From assembly GCA_963841435.1 (NCBI GenBank), contig CAWJCS010000003.1, positions 704,001-768,000 on the forward strand: a stretch of 64,000 bases of DNA, written 5' to 3'. This document shows, one piece after another, positions 1 through 10,377 of this stretch. The notes under the pieces are model-generated. The model did not search any database and was not told where the DNA came from. It was given only the letters and a program-made list of their open reading frames with translations. This stretch comes from an uncultured delta proteobacterium. GTDB taxonomy: Bacteria > Myxococcota_A > Polyangia > Polyangiales > Polyangiaceae. The number at the start of each line of letters is the position of its first letter. Position 1 is the stretch's first letter. Made by a program: the position numbers and the translations under genes.

Positions 1-320
1 ACTCGCGCGCGATCGAATACAAGCTCGACACGGGCACGATGACGGCCACGCTCAACTGGGAGTTCCCCGGCACCTTCTCCGTGACCGACAACTGGTACAC
101 GAACACCTGGTACTCGCCGTTCTGGGGCGACGCGGACCGACTGGAAAACGGCAACGTGCTCGTGGCGGCCGGCCTCATCGGCCCCACGAGAGAGAGCCGC
201 GTCTTCGAGGTGACCAAGGCCGACGGAATGCTCGTCTGGGAGCTCCGGCTCCCCCTGAACTACGGCGTCTACCGCGCCGACCGCATCACGCCGCCGCTCG
301 TGCACGCGATTGCGCCGTGA
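1..320 (+). CDS. Arylsulfotransferase (ASST)-like beta-propeller protein, C-terminal part (5' end outside window)
   Basis: YSPFWGDADRLENGNVLV...VFEVTKADGMLVWEL...YRADRI matches the last blades of ASST-family proteins; similar to the C-terminus of 60132-61869. Confidence 0.7.
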   Translation, partial: SRAIEYKLDTGTMTATLNWEFPGTFSVTDNWYTNTWYSPFWGDADRLENGNVLVAAGLIGPTRESRVFEVTKADGMLVWELRLPLNYGVYRADRITPPLVHAIAP

Positions 321-341
321 GACACGGCGCAGCGCCGTCGC

Positions 342-1563
342 TCATTGGACCACGACGGTCGCCGTCGTAAACTCGACGGTCCCGCTGTTGTCCTGGGCCT
401 CCACGAGGAGCTTGGCCTCCACGAGATTCCCGAGCTGCAGGCCCATCTCGATCCACTTGGAAAAGTGCGTCGAGATGGAAATGTGTCCGCACTGGCGAGC
501 CGACTGCCGAACACTGAAGTACTGATCGAACGTCATGTTGTTGCCCGTGATGGCGGGCTTGTTCGTCTGCGTGTGCTTCCAGACGTCGTAGGTGTCCCCG
601 TCGGTCGTCAGCGTGCCGACGTGGGTGCGAGGGCTGCCGTCGGACGCCGTGTCACCAGGCTTCGTGCTCCCCCAATCGTCGAGGATGTAGTACTCGCGCA
701 GCGGGTTGACCGTCCATCCGTAGATTCCGACGTAAAGAAAGCCGTCGTTGCCCGTCTTGGTCTCCGCGAAATCGGACGAGATGGTTCCGATTTCGAGCGG
801 GAGTCTTGGTCTGGTCGAAGTCCAGGCCGATGCGACCCAGGAAATCGTCGACGTTGGTCCAGGTGGCGCCGAAATTCGCAGCGACACCGTAAACGGTCAT
901 GCATCCTGACCCGGTGCCACTCGACCAAAGCTCGTAGGCGTAGCCGCCGCCCGCGTTGCCCTTCGAGTTCGAGCAGTACTGCTTGCCGCCGGTCAACTTC
1001 GTTGCCGGCGGGCAGCTGGGCGACGTTCCGCCGGCGCCGCCGTTGCCGGCGCCGGCAATGCCGCCGGCGCCCGCACCGCCGAGCCCGGCCGCGCCTCCGC
1101 TCATACCCCCCACACCTCCCGCCGCGCCGGCGCTGCCGCCGCTCGCGCCGGCGCTGCCGCCGCTCGCACCCGCGCCTCCACCATCGCCGCCCGTGGCGCC
1201 CGCGCTGCCTGCGCTCCCTCCCGAGCCTGCGCCAGCGCCGCCCGTGGCGCCCGCGCTCCCGCCGGTCGTGCCCGAGGTGCCGCCGACGGCTCCCGCAACG
1301 CCAGCGCTCCCGCCGGTGGCCCCAGAGCTGCCACCAACGCCGCCCGTGGCACCGGCGGTGCCGCCGCTCGAGCCCGCAACACCACCCGAGCCCGTGACGC
1401 CGCCCGTGGCGCCGCCTCCGGTCGCCCCGCCCGTGGTTGTCCCCGCGCCCCCGCTTTCGCCGCCGGGGGCCCCCGAGTCAGCGCAGCCGGCGAGGGCCAC
1501 CGTGGCAAGGCAAGCAGCCATGGCACCGAGCGAGCCATGGGACCAACGTGGGCCAAAGATCAT
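342..1563 (-). CDS. GH11 endo-1,4-beta-xylanase lipoprotein with Gly-rich tether; single frameshift near 790-800
   Basis: Lipobox LAGC and Gly-rich linker, then YELW...FGATWTNVDDFLGRIG in one frame. YGWTVNPLREYYI, DGDTYDVW, FDQYFSVRQ and LLVEA (both catalytic Glu) follow in the next frame. Confidence 0.85.
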
Positions 1564-1718
1564 GCTTAGAGCATGCCCGGTCGTGCTCATCCTGATCAAT
1601 GACGGGCCCGATTTCGAATCGCTCGCGGGTGCCGAAGAGGAAGAAAGGGCGAGGCAATTCGGACGTTTATCGCCGAACGTCTTGCGGTTCCCTGGCGCAG
1701 CCGCGAGCCTTTTCCGCA

Positions 1719-3047
1719 CTAACCCCCGAGGGGCGTCAACGTGATGTCTTCGCTGTGGCTCGAGCAGAAGGTGTCGACGCAGCCGTTGCCCTCCTCCGTC
1801 AGCGTGAGCGGACCGCCGTCCTCGCCCGTGATCAGGTAGGTGCCGTCGCCGGTCAACGAGAACCCCCCCGCCGAGCCACTTTCCGTGAAGGTGCCCGAGC
1901 GTCCGTCCGCATCCGGGACGTAGCTCAGCACCATGGAGCCGCCGTCGATGACCCCGTCGAGCGTGAACGGCTTTTTAAGGTCGTCCACGGTGCCCGAGAT
2001 CATGATGCCGTCGTTGCCCCCGCTCGCCGAAAAAGCTTGAACGCAGACGGCCTCGGCTCGCTCGCGAAGGCTCGTCAAACTCGCGCTCGGTGGGTAGGCG
2101 AGCAGCTGCCGCAGGCGCTCCCGGCTAAGAACGTAGGTGATCAAGATTCCGGGATCATGGGCGCTCTGGCATTTGCGGATCGCCTCCATTTCGCAAAGGC
2201 TGCCCTCCGTCAGTGCTCCGTTGACCGCGGTCGATGCCAGGTCCGAAGCCGGGAACGCGAGGTGCTGGCGCACCGTTTCGTATCGGAGCGCCGTCTCGAC
2301 GGCCGCCTGCGTCGCCGCGCAGCTCGATCCCGCTTGCTCCACCCGTGGCTCGACCACTTCGTGCTGCCACCGGTCGAGCAGGGCGGTCAGCGCGTCGACG
2401 ACGTCCGAGATGTCGTCTCCGAGGAGGCTCCGCCGGTGACCGTCCTCGGCGACCGCATCGACCTCCGACTCGATGCTCGCCTCGGCATCGGCGGCGCCTT
2501 TCAAGGCCAGTTCGGCCTGCTCGCCTTCGCTCGGGGCCGCCACGCTGAAAGCGCTGAAGTGCGCGACGTAGACCGTGGGCGTTTCCTCCGCAAACACGGG
2601 CAACGCTGCCGACACTTCGGTCCCTCCGCCGGTGATGTGATAAAAAAATCGCTCCTCGGCGGGAATTGGCTCAGGGGCGTCGATCGAGAGCTGGGCCAAG
2701 TCGTAGAAGAACAGCCCCGACGGCTCGAACGTCACCGTCTGGGACGCGAAGGCGAAGCTCGTGATCCTCGTCGGTATCGCGCGGATCATCGTGGTGGAAG
2801 GGAGCGCAGCTTCGGGCACGGTGAGCGTGAAGACCGTGCCGTCACCCGCAGTGGCGCTCAGCGTTCCGCCGTCGTACCCGATGGCCGCCTCCTCGGCCGA
2901 CGTTGGGTCGAGCACGAGCGAAAGCGCCTCGCCGTCGTTTTGACCGCCCGCACCGTCGGGCGCGCTGCCCGCGTCACCGCCAGTGCAAGCCAACAGCGTG
3001 AACGGTGCGAGCAGGCCAAGCGTCTCGAGGCGGAGTTTGGTGAGCAT
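1719..3047 (-). CDS. Lipoprotein with ZU5-like N-terminal domain
   Basis: Start MLTKLRLETLGLLAPFTLLAC (lipobox); IGYDGGTL...FTLTVPEAAL...VAHFSAF resembles ZU5. The 909-aa ORF upstream of 3047 is antisense to the kinase. Confidence 0.6.
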   Translation of the reverse strand: MLTKLRLETLGLLAPFTLLACTGGDAGSAPDGAGGQNDGEALSLVLDPTSAEEAAIGYDGGTLSATAGDGTVFTLTVPEAALPSTTMIRAIPTRITSFAFASQTVTFEPSGLFFYDLAQLSIDAPEPIPAEERFFYHITGGGTEVSAALPVFAEETPTVYVAHFSAFSVAAPSEGEQAELALKGAADAEASIESEVDAVAEDGHRRSLLGDDISDVVDALTALLDRWQHEVVEPRVEQAGSSCAATQAAVETALRYETVRQHLAFPASDLASTAVNGALTEGSLCEMEAIRKCQSAHDPGILITYVLSRERLRQLLAYPPSASLTSLRERAEAVCVQAFSASGGNDGIMISGTVDDLKKPFTLDGVIDGGSMVLSYVPDADGRSGTFTESGSAGGFSLTGDGTYLITGEDGGPLTLTEEGNGCVDTFCSSHSEDITLTPLGG

Positions 3048-3287
3048 TCGTTCAGGCGAACACGGCGAACAGCCAAAGAGCAAGCGCTTCGCGCTTTTCG
3101 CGATCGAAACGACGAAGTCGGCGGGCGTCTTTCGGACCTTGCTCGCGTTCGATGAGAGCAGCGTCGAAGCGGGTCCATCGCGCACGCGGAGACCTTGCAG
3201 CTCGGGCACGGCGGCGAGCCCTGCCGGCGCGTTGTCCCGCACCCGAGGCAGAACGCGAAGGGTCGTGATATCCTGGTAAGTTGGGTC

Positions 3288-5438
3288 ATGGCGTCCGTGG
3301 TCGCTGAGCAAGAGGCGGAAGTCGGACTCGTCGCGGAGGTCGTCGCGGCGCTCGACGGCGACGACGCCGATGCCTGCGTCGATGCGGCGGTCGCCGCGCT
3401 CAGGGCCCGAGGGCTCGCGGAGCCCGACGACGCGCGGGAGGCCTGGCTCGAGGCACGGCGGGGCGCGCGCGTGCTCAGGCTGGTCGCTGCGCCCGGCGCG
3501 GAGCTGCCCCCCCCGAGCGCTAGGGCCTTGCTCCATCGTGCGCTCGGCGCAGCGCTCGCGCGCGCTGCCGAGTGCGACGAGGCCCGACGGGTGACCGAGC
3601 GCCTGGACCTGCTCCGGGCGGCGTCGTTCGAAGGCATCCTCATCCACGACGGCGGTGTCGCCGTGGACTGCAACGAGCGCCTGTGCGAGATGACCGGCTA
3701 CAGTCGCGAGGAGGTGCTCGAGCCAGGCCACATGGTGCGCGTCGTCGCTCCCGAGGATCTGCCCCGGGCCCAGGAGCGTATCCGGCAGCGGATCGAGGGC
3801 GAGTTCTTGCTCACGTGCGTGCGCAAGGATGGCTCGCGGATGCGTGCCGAGTTCTGCACCAGGCAGACGCACCTGGGAGACCGACCCCTGCGTGTCGTCG
3901 CCATTCGTGATGTCACGGAGCGTGAACGGACTGCCGAGCTGCTCCGCGAGAGCGAGGCACGCCTGAGAAGCATTCTCGAGGCCACGTTCGACGCCGTCGT
4001 CGTCAGTCGTGACGGCAGCGTGGTGGACGTGAGCGAAGGCGCGCAACGCTTCTTCGGACTTCCGCGACAAGGGTTGATCGGCAGGCGGGTGCTGGACCTC
4101 GTCGCGCCCGCCTGGCGCGACGACGTGTCGCGGCGCCTCCGCGAGCAGACCATGGGCGTGTCCGAGGCGGAGGCCGTCGCCGCGGGCGGGGAGCTCGTAC
4201 CCGTCATGGTCGTCTCCGTCACGGCGACCGCGAACGGCGAACCGGTTCGCGTCGCCGCCATCCGCAACCTCGGGGAAGCGCGGCAGCTGGAGCACGAGCG
4301 CCGGCAACTCGAGCTCCAGGTGGAGCGGAGCCAGCGCCTCGAGAGCCTCGGCGTGCTCGCGAGCGGGATCGCGCACGACTTCAACAACCTCCTGGTCGGC
4401 GTGTTGGGCAGCGCCGAGCTCCTCCTCGAGAGACTCGAGGCACCGCATGATCGCGCCCAGGCGGAAGCGATCCTCACGGCAGGCAACCGCGCGGCGGGCC
4501 TGACCAAGCAGATGCTCGCGTACGCGGGGCGCCGGAGCCTCACCACGACCGAGCCCGTGGATCTCGCGGAGCTATGGCAGGAGCTTCGCACCCTGCTCAG
4601 CGCCGCGCTCTCCAAGAAGGCCGAGGTCGATCTCGAGCTCGCGCCGGACAGCGTGGTGCGGGGCGAGCGCTCGGCGCTGATGCAGGTGTTCATGAACCTG
4701 CTCACCAACGCGAGCGACGCGCTCGAAGGCAAGCCGGGACGGGTCTCGGTGACGACCGAGCGAGTGCGCGAGCCGGGCGCAGGCTGGAGCCGAGCGCTGG
4801 GGGCGCCCGTGCAACCGGGGAGCTGGGTGCTCGTGCGGGTGAGGGACACCGGCATCGGGATGGACGAAGCGACGCAGCGGCGCATCTTCGAGCCATTCTT
4901 CTCCACGAAGGCTCGCGGCCACGGGCTCGGGCTCGGGTCGTCGCTCGGCATCGTGAAAGCACACGGCGGCGCGATCCTCGTGGAGAGCACTCCGGGCTCG
5001 GGCAGTACCTTCTCCGTGCTCTTGCCCGCGACGGAGGCCCGCGCGGAGCTGCCCGCGCGGGAAAGGGCGGCGGCAGCGCCCTGCCGCGTGCTCATCGTCA
5101 ACGACGAACCGCTGGTCCGCTCCCACATGCGACGCCTGCTCGTCGAGCACCGCTACACGGTGGAGGACGTCGCGAGCGGCAACGCGGGGCTCGAGGCCAT
5201 CGAGCGGTGCCCGCCGGACGTGGTGCTGCTCGACATGATGCTACCGGACCTGGACGGCGTAGAAGTCGTGCGGCGCCTGCGCGCCTCGGGCGTGAACGTG
5301 CCGGTGGTGCTGTGCTCGGGCGATCTCGACGCCGCCAGGGAGCGGGGCCTCGAGCCAGGCCTCGTGGAGGGCATGCTGCAAAAGCCCTTCGACGGCGACC
5401 AGCTGCTCGAAGCGATCGCCCGGGCTCGCGGCCGCTGA
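3288..5438 (+). CDS. Hybrid sensor histidine kinase (2x PAS, HisKA, HATPase, REC)
   Basis: H-box IAHDFNNLL, N-box QVFMNLLTNA, DTGIGM, FEPFFSTK, GHGLGL; C-terminal receiver LLDMMLP...KPF. Confidence 0.92.
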   Translation: MASVVAEQEAEVGLVAEVVAALDGDDADACVDAAVAALRARGLAEPDDAREAWLEARRGARVLRLVAAPGAELPPPSARALLHRALGAALARAAECDEARRVTERLDLLRAASFEGILIHDGGVAVDCNERLCEMTGYSREEVLEPGHMVRVVAPEDLPRAQERIRQRIEGEFLLTCVRKDGSRMRAEFCTRQTHLGDRPLRVVAIRDVTERERTAELLRESEARLRSILEATFDAVVVSRDGSVVDVSEGAQRFFGLPRQGLIGRRVLDLVAPAWRDDVSRRLREQTMGVSEAEAVAAGGELVPVMVVSVTATANGEPVRVAAIRNLGEARQLEHERRQLELQVERSQRLESLGVLASGIAHDFNNLLVGVLGSAELLLERLEAPHDRAQAEAILTAGNRAAGLTKQMLAYAGRRSLTTTEPVDLAELWQELRTLLSAALSKKAEVDLELAPDSVVRGERSALMQVFMNLLTNASDALEGKPGRVSVTTERVREPGAGWSRALGAPVQPGSWVLVRVRDTGIGMDEATQRRIFEPFFSTKARGHGLGLGSSLGIVKAHGGAILVESTPGSGSTFSVLLPATEARAELPARERAAAAPCRVLIVNDEPLVRSHMRRLLVEHRYTVEDVASGNAGLEAIERCPPDVVLLDMMLPDLDGVEVVRRLRASGVNVPVVLCSGDLDAARERGLEPGLVEGMLQKPFDGDQLLEAIARARGR

Positions 5439-5485
5439 GCCTCGCCTCGGAAGGAGCCCCGCTCGGGGAAGCGCCGCAAAGCTCG

Positions 5486-6430
5486 CTAGATTTCGTAGCC
5501 GAAGCCAAGAAACAGGGACGGGCAGAGCGGCGGGAGCACGAGGCGGCGCGTCGCATCGACGGTGACCTCGCGCCGAGCGGGGAAGAGTCGCAGGTCAACG
5601 GCGGGCAGCAGCCAGGCACGGCCGAAGCGCACGGGTCGCGAGAGCTCGGTATCGAAGGAGACGACCGGCAGCGTCGTGGGCGTACGCACGACGAGGTTCT
5701 GTCGGGGCGCAATGTTGAGGACGCTGATACCGACGCCCAACGAGCCGCGAAGCCCCGTCGAGCGCTGCTCCTCGAGCGCGCTGAACGCGAAGGCGTGAAG
5801 CTCGTTGGCGCGAAACTCATTCGCCGGCCCAGGCGCGGTGAGCCAACCGAACGCCGCGCCCACCGACCAAGGAGCCCAACGCCGTTCCATCGCGAGCCGC
5901 GCCCCATAGCCGATCGCATGCTGCCAGAGCTCCCCGAGCGCGCCGGCTCCGATATCCCATCGAGACCCGCGACGCTTGGGTGCGGGAGGACGCGGCTCGG
6001 GCTCGCGGGGCGGCGGAACCACTGCGACGCTCGCCGCACGACGGGCAGGAACCGGGGAGGGCGGCGGAAAGTCCGCGACCGCTCCTTCGCTTCGATGCTC
6101 GAGCGCCGCGAGGGTGCGTTCCACGGCGGCCAACAACGCTTCGCGCGGATTTTCATCGGTCAGCGCAAGCACCGTCGATTCGTGACGCGCACCGGCGACG
6201 ACGCGCACGGTCGCGGTACCGGCGGCGCAGTCGATCCGCACGGTCAAGTTTCCCGCCGCGGTCGTCAGGAGTGTCGCGCGGGTGCGCGCTTCAACCTGAG
6301 CGGCGTCGTCGGGCTTGAGCGCGTCGCACGTGATGCGCACGGTGTCGTCCTGCGCCGCCGCCCCGCGCGCTCCCCCGAGCAACGCCAGAACGATCAGCCA
6401 GGCGGGCCGGTGGACCTCATCGTTGGGCAT
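5486..6430 (-). CDS. Secreted/outer-membrane protein with Pro-rich hinge and C-terminal beta-barrel-like domain
   Basis: Signal peptide MPNDEVHRPAWLIVLALLGGARGAAA; amphipathic beta strands ending LGFGYEI; divergent from the ECF sigma. Confidence 0.6.
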   Translation of the reverse strand: MPNDEVHRPAWLIVLALLGGARGAAAQDDTVRITCDALKPDDAAQVEARTRATLLTTAAGNLTVRIDCAAGTATVRVVAGARHESTVLALTDENPREALLAAVERTLAALEHRSEGAVADFPPPSPVPARRAASVAVVPPPREPEPRPPAPKRRGSRWDIGAGALGELWQHAIGYGARLAMERRWAPWSVGAAFGWLTAPGPANEFRANELHAFAFSALEEQRSTGLRGSLGVGISVLNIAPRQNLVVRTPTTLPVVSFDTELSRPVRFGRAWLLPAVDLRLFPARREVTVDATRRLVLPPLCPSLFLGFGYEI

Positions 6431-6529
6431 TCCAGCGTGAGCGAGCCTATGGCACAAGCGCCGGGTCGACCAAGCGGGGTGTGCCACCGCTCAGGACACC
6501 GGTGTCGGCACACTAACTGGAAGCCGAGC

Positions 6530-7045
6530 GTGAACCCCGTCCGTGATCGTGAACTGTTCGAGCTCGTTTACCGCCGCATGCGAATTTTGGTCCCCGCGAA
6601 CGCCCCCGATTTCGAGGACCTGGTGCAAGCGGCGGCCACCGAGGTGTGGCGCTCTTTGCCCGGCTTCCGGGGCAAGAGTGAGCTTGGCACGTGGATCTAT
6701 ACCGTTTGCTACCGGGTGCTCGCGAATCATCGGCGCTGGTGGCAGAGGTACCAACTGCGCTTCAGCATCGGCGTCGAGGATGTTTTTGCGAGCGACGAGA
6801 AGCTGCCGCCCGATCTCCTCGACGAGCGCGCGCGCGTCGAGCGCCTCCGCACGTTGCTCGGGCGCATGAGCGACAAGTACCGCGCCGTCGTGGTGCTTCA
6901 CGACCTCGAGGGCTTCACGATCCCGGAGATTGCCGGCATCGTCGGGGCCAACGCGCTCACGGTTCGCTCGCGCCTGCGCGACGGCCGCAAGCAGCTCCGC
7001 CGGCTGCTCGAGCTCGACCCCGCGCTAGTGCTCGAGGAGGCATGA
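6530..7045 (+). CDS. ECF RNA polymerase sigma factor
   Basis: FEDLVQ...VWRSLPGFRGKSELGTWIYTV (region 2); YRAVVVLHDLEGFTIPEIAGIVG...TVRSRLRDGRKQL (region 4). GTG start at 6530. Confidence 0.9.
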   Translation: MNPVRDRELFELVYRRMRILVPANAPDFEDLVQAAATEVWRSLPGFRGKSELGTWIYTVCYRVLANHRRWWQRYQLRFSIGVEDVFASDEKLPPDLLDERARVERLRTLLGRMSDKYRAVVVLHDLEGFTIPEIAGIVGANALTVRSRLRDGRKQLRRLLELDPALVLEEA

Positions 7046-7046
7046 A

Positions 7047-7769
7047 GTGATGGGCCTAGACCCGAGCGACGAACTGCCGCTCCCCGAAGCGGTTTGGGAC
7101 CTTTATCGGCGGGACGAGCCGGATCCTCGCGCGATCCAGGCCGCCTACCTGCGCTTCGCCGCGCGCCGCCCCGAGCCGCTGTCCGCCTTCAGGCTCCTGC
7201 GCTGGCTCGTCGCCGGTTTCGCCGCCGGCTGGGGCGTCGCCTTCGCGGCAACCGGCGATCCGCTGTTCGGCGCCGGGCTCCGCCGGGACGTTCCGGCTCC
7301 GGTCGTGGAGGCACGCGCCAGCGTGCGTACGTACGCGCCGTCGCCTGCGTCCGCACCCGCGACGCAAAGCGCATTTCCGCCCGAGCTGCCCGCGCCGGAG
7401 CCAAAGCCCCCGAACGGAAGCGCGCATTCTGGCGGTGCGGCCCCGCAGGCCGTGCTCGAGGAGCCTCCTACGATCGACCCGAAGTGGCAGCGCGCCGCGG
7501 CGGCGCTCAGGGCCCGGGACTACGAGGCGGCGGAGGAAGCGCTGCGCGAGGTCGAGACGGCCGGCGCACCGGCAGACCGCGACGCGGCGAGCCTCGCGCT
7601 CGCCCAGGTGCTCCTCACTCGCGGTCGCGTGGTGGAGGCTCGAGCCAGGCTCGAGCGCCTGAGCATGCATGCGGGCTCGGCGCTCGTCCGGGAGAAGGCA
7701 ACGACGCTGCTCGCTGAGCTTTCGTCACCCGGGGACCGCTCAATCGCGACGCCTACGGTGCCTCAATGA
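7047..7769 (+). CDS. Putative anti-sigma factor (TM helix, Pro-rich linker, TPR-like C-terminus)
   Basis: Directly follows the sigma; TM WLVAGFAAGWGVAFAA; helical C-terminus AAAALRARDYEAA...LALAQVLLTRGR; stop overlaps the GH3 start (ATGA). Confidence 0.65.
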   Translation: MMGLDPSDELPLPEAVWDLYRRDEPDPRAIQAAYLRFAARRPEPLSAFRLLRWLVAGFAAGWGVAFAATGDPLFGAGLRRDVPAPVVEARASVRTYAPSPASAPATQSAFPPELPAPEPKPPNGSAHSGGAAPQAVLEEPPTIDPKWQRAAAALRARDYEAAEEALREVETAGAPADRDAASLALAQVLLTRGRVVEARARLERLSMHAGSALVREKATTLLAELSSPGDRSIATPTVPQ

Positions 7770-10322
7770 GCATGGGACACGTCACTCGTCGTGTGGGGTC
7801 TGCCGCCACGGGCCTGGTCACCGTCGCGCTTTCTTGCAAACCGATGTCGGTCGAGCTCGAGCACCAGCGCTCGGCCGGCGGCGCGGCCGACACGGGGGGG
7901 TTCGGCGGGGCGGCGAACGGTTCGGGAGCGGGTGGCACCTCGCCGGCGGTATCCGGCGGCGGAGCCAGCGGCACGAGCCAAGGGGGCGCCGGCCCGGGGA
8001 TCATGGGTGAGGCCGGCGCTCCCTTCGACGGGGGTGGAGCAACGTGTGGCGACGGTGTGCTCACCGACGTGCGCGACGGCCACGACTTGCTGCCGGGTTA
8101 CGGGGAGCCGCCCGACCCGCACGTCGCGGCCTGGATCGCCGACATGAGCCTTTCCGCTCGGATCTCGCAGATGCAAGGCGTCCCCGTGGGCAATCGGGAC
8201 TACAACGACATTCAACGTGGGCAGGACGCAACGCTATCTGGCAGCACCGTCGTGCGCGGATACAGGTACCGAAACGGCTCGCGCGGGCTGAGCCTCAAAG
8301 AGGGGCAAGACAACCGTCCGAGCGACGCCAACAACTTCGCCACGGCGTTCCCCGCAGCGTCAATCCGGGGGGCCTCGTGGGACCTCGATCTCGAATGGCG
8401 CGTCGGGGAAGCCATCGGTGACGAGACCGCGGCCTCGCAAAACAACCTGTTGGTAGGTCCGAGTTCCGAGCTCGTACGCCACCCTTATTGGGGTCGCGCC
8501 CAAGATGCCTACGGTGAGGACGTGTATCACGTCGGACGGATGGGGACGGCGTTCGTCGCAGGCGTACAGCAGCACGTGGGCGCCTGCGCTCAACACTTCG
8601 TCGGCAACGCGGTAGAAAGGGAGCGCGCAAACGACGATGCCGTGGTCAACGAGCAGAGCCTGCGGGAAATCTACGCCCGACCGCTCGAGATGCTCGTGGA
8701 GGACGGCGGAGTCGCGTGCGTCATGACGGCGTACAATTCCGTGAACGGAACGCCCGCGAGCCAAAACTCGCATCTCTTGCGTGACATTCTCAAAGCACCC
8801 CTCAGTCAGGGTGGTTTCGGCTTCCGAGGCTTCGTAATCTCCGAGTGGTGGGGCACACCGGGCGGACAGAACCTGGCGGACGACTCAACCGCAGAAGACA
8901 ACGCGACGGCTCTGGCGAGCGCTGGGCTCGACGTCGAGCTGCCGTGGATCATCAACTACGGATCCCTCGCCGACGCGGTGGACAGTGGCCGCATGCAGCC
9001 GGACGTGATTACGGACGCCGCGTCGCGCGTCCTCGAGCAGAAGGCTAGGTTCCACTCGGCGCTCACGAGTGACGGTTGGGGGCTCGAACCGAGCAGCTCC
9101 GCCTTGAGCGGCGCGTCGATCGCCACGAACGAGGCGCACCTCGAGCTTGCCGAACGAGCCGAGCTCGAATCCGCCGTGCTGCTCGAAAACGGCTCCCCTG
9201 ACTCTCCCGTGCTCCCCATCCCCGGGAACGTCCAATCGATCGCGGTGATCGGCGCGGACGTCCCGTTCACCCTCGTTGCCTCAATGGTGCCGGCGAGCTG
9301 CGGGAGCGGCGGGCGGTCTTGCACCTTCCAGTTTGCGACCGACGTGGCGCTCGGCGACCGAGGCACGAACGGAGTCAACGCCGATCCCGACGAGTCGGTG
9401 GGTCCGTTCGCGGGCATCTCGGCCGCGGCGGCCGCTCACGGCGGCGTCGAGGTCACGCACGAAAGCAGCGCCGCTGCCGGGGCGGACGCGGATCTGCTCG
9501 TCGTGGTGGTCGGCCTCACGCCGGGAGACGAGGGTGAAGAATACACGATCACGAACGGCGGCGATCGCTCGAGCTTGGCGCTGCCGGCCTCGCAAGAAGC
9601 GCTCGTGAACGACGCGCTCTCGCTCATGAAGCCGACCGTCATTGTCATCGAGTCGGGGTCGATCGTCGGGGTCCCATGGCTCGACCACGAAAATCGGAGC
9701 CAGGCCACGATCTGGGCGGGCTACGGCGGCATGCGGGCGGGCGCGGCGCTCGGCAAGCTGCTCTTCGGCGACGCGAGCTTCAGCGGCAAGCTGCCGCTCG
9801 CCTGGCCTGCGGAAAGCGTGCTGCCCGCGTTCAAGGACGGTAACACCGCGTCGTTGGAGTATTTCGTCGGTTATCGCGAGTACGACCGCCGAATCGCCGC
9901 CGGGGAACCGGTGGATCTCGCCTTTTCGTTCGGCCACGGGCTGAGCTACACGACGTTCGGCTACGAAAATCTGGTTCTGCCCTGCACGGAAGTGACGCGT
10001 AGCGCCGTCCTCGACGTGACCGCGGACGTCACGAACACGGGCTCCGTGAACGGGGACGAGGTCGCTTTTCTGTTCGTTGCGGGTCCGGGCGCCGCAGAAG
10101 AACCGCGCTCGCAGAGGGAGCTCGAGAGCTTCGCACGGGTGTCCCTTGCACCGGGCGACGTGCAAACCGTGCACCTCCCCCTGCGCCTCCGAGATCTCGA
10201 GCACTGGAGCAGCACGACGCACTCGTGGGTCCTCGACCCTGGTGAGTACACGGTCTTCGTCGGCTCGAGCGCGGCCAGCCAAGAATCTCACGCTCAGCGG
10301 CACGTTCACGGTGCCTGGCTGA
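7766..10322 (+). CDS. GH3 beta-glucosidase-fold lipoprotein with Fn3-like domain; atypical catalytic motifs; frameshift near 10284
   Basis: ATAFP, WGRAQDAYGED, LREIY, VMTAYNSVNG, FRGFVISEW, SGKLP, FGHGLSYTTF, GDEVAFLFV. True end LTLSGTFTVPG* at 10322 is in a shifted frame. Confidence 0.85.
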
Positions 10323-10377
10323 GCGCGGCCGGTGAAGGCGACTGCGACGCAGCCTGTCGCCGAGGTCTGGTCGGCGC

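Noticed and set aside
956-1744. Pro-rich ORFs (also 15794-16294, 22527-23195, 30101-30592, 49668-50258 and others)
   Set aside because: Antisense shadows of the Gly-rich linkers of real lipoproteins.
1719-4448. 909-aa ORF as a single protein
   Set aside because: The part upstream of 3047 is antisense to the histidine kinase; the lipoprotein signal begins at 3047.
4574-7045. 823-aa ORF as a giant sigma factor
   Set aside because: Only 6530-7045 has sigma motifs; the rest overlaps other genes in stop-poor high-GC frames.
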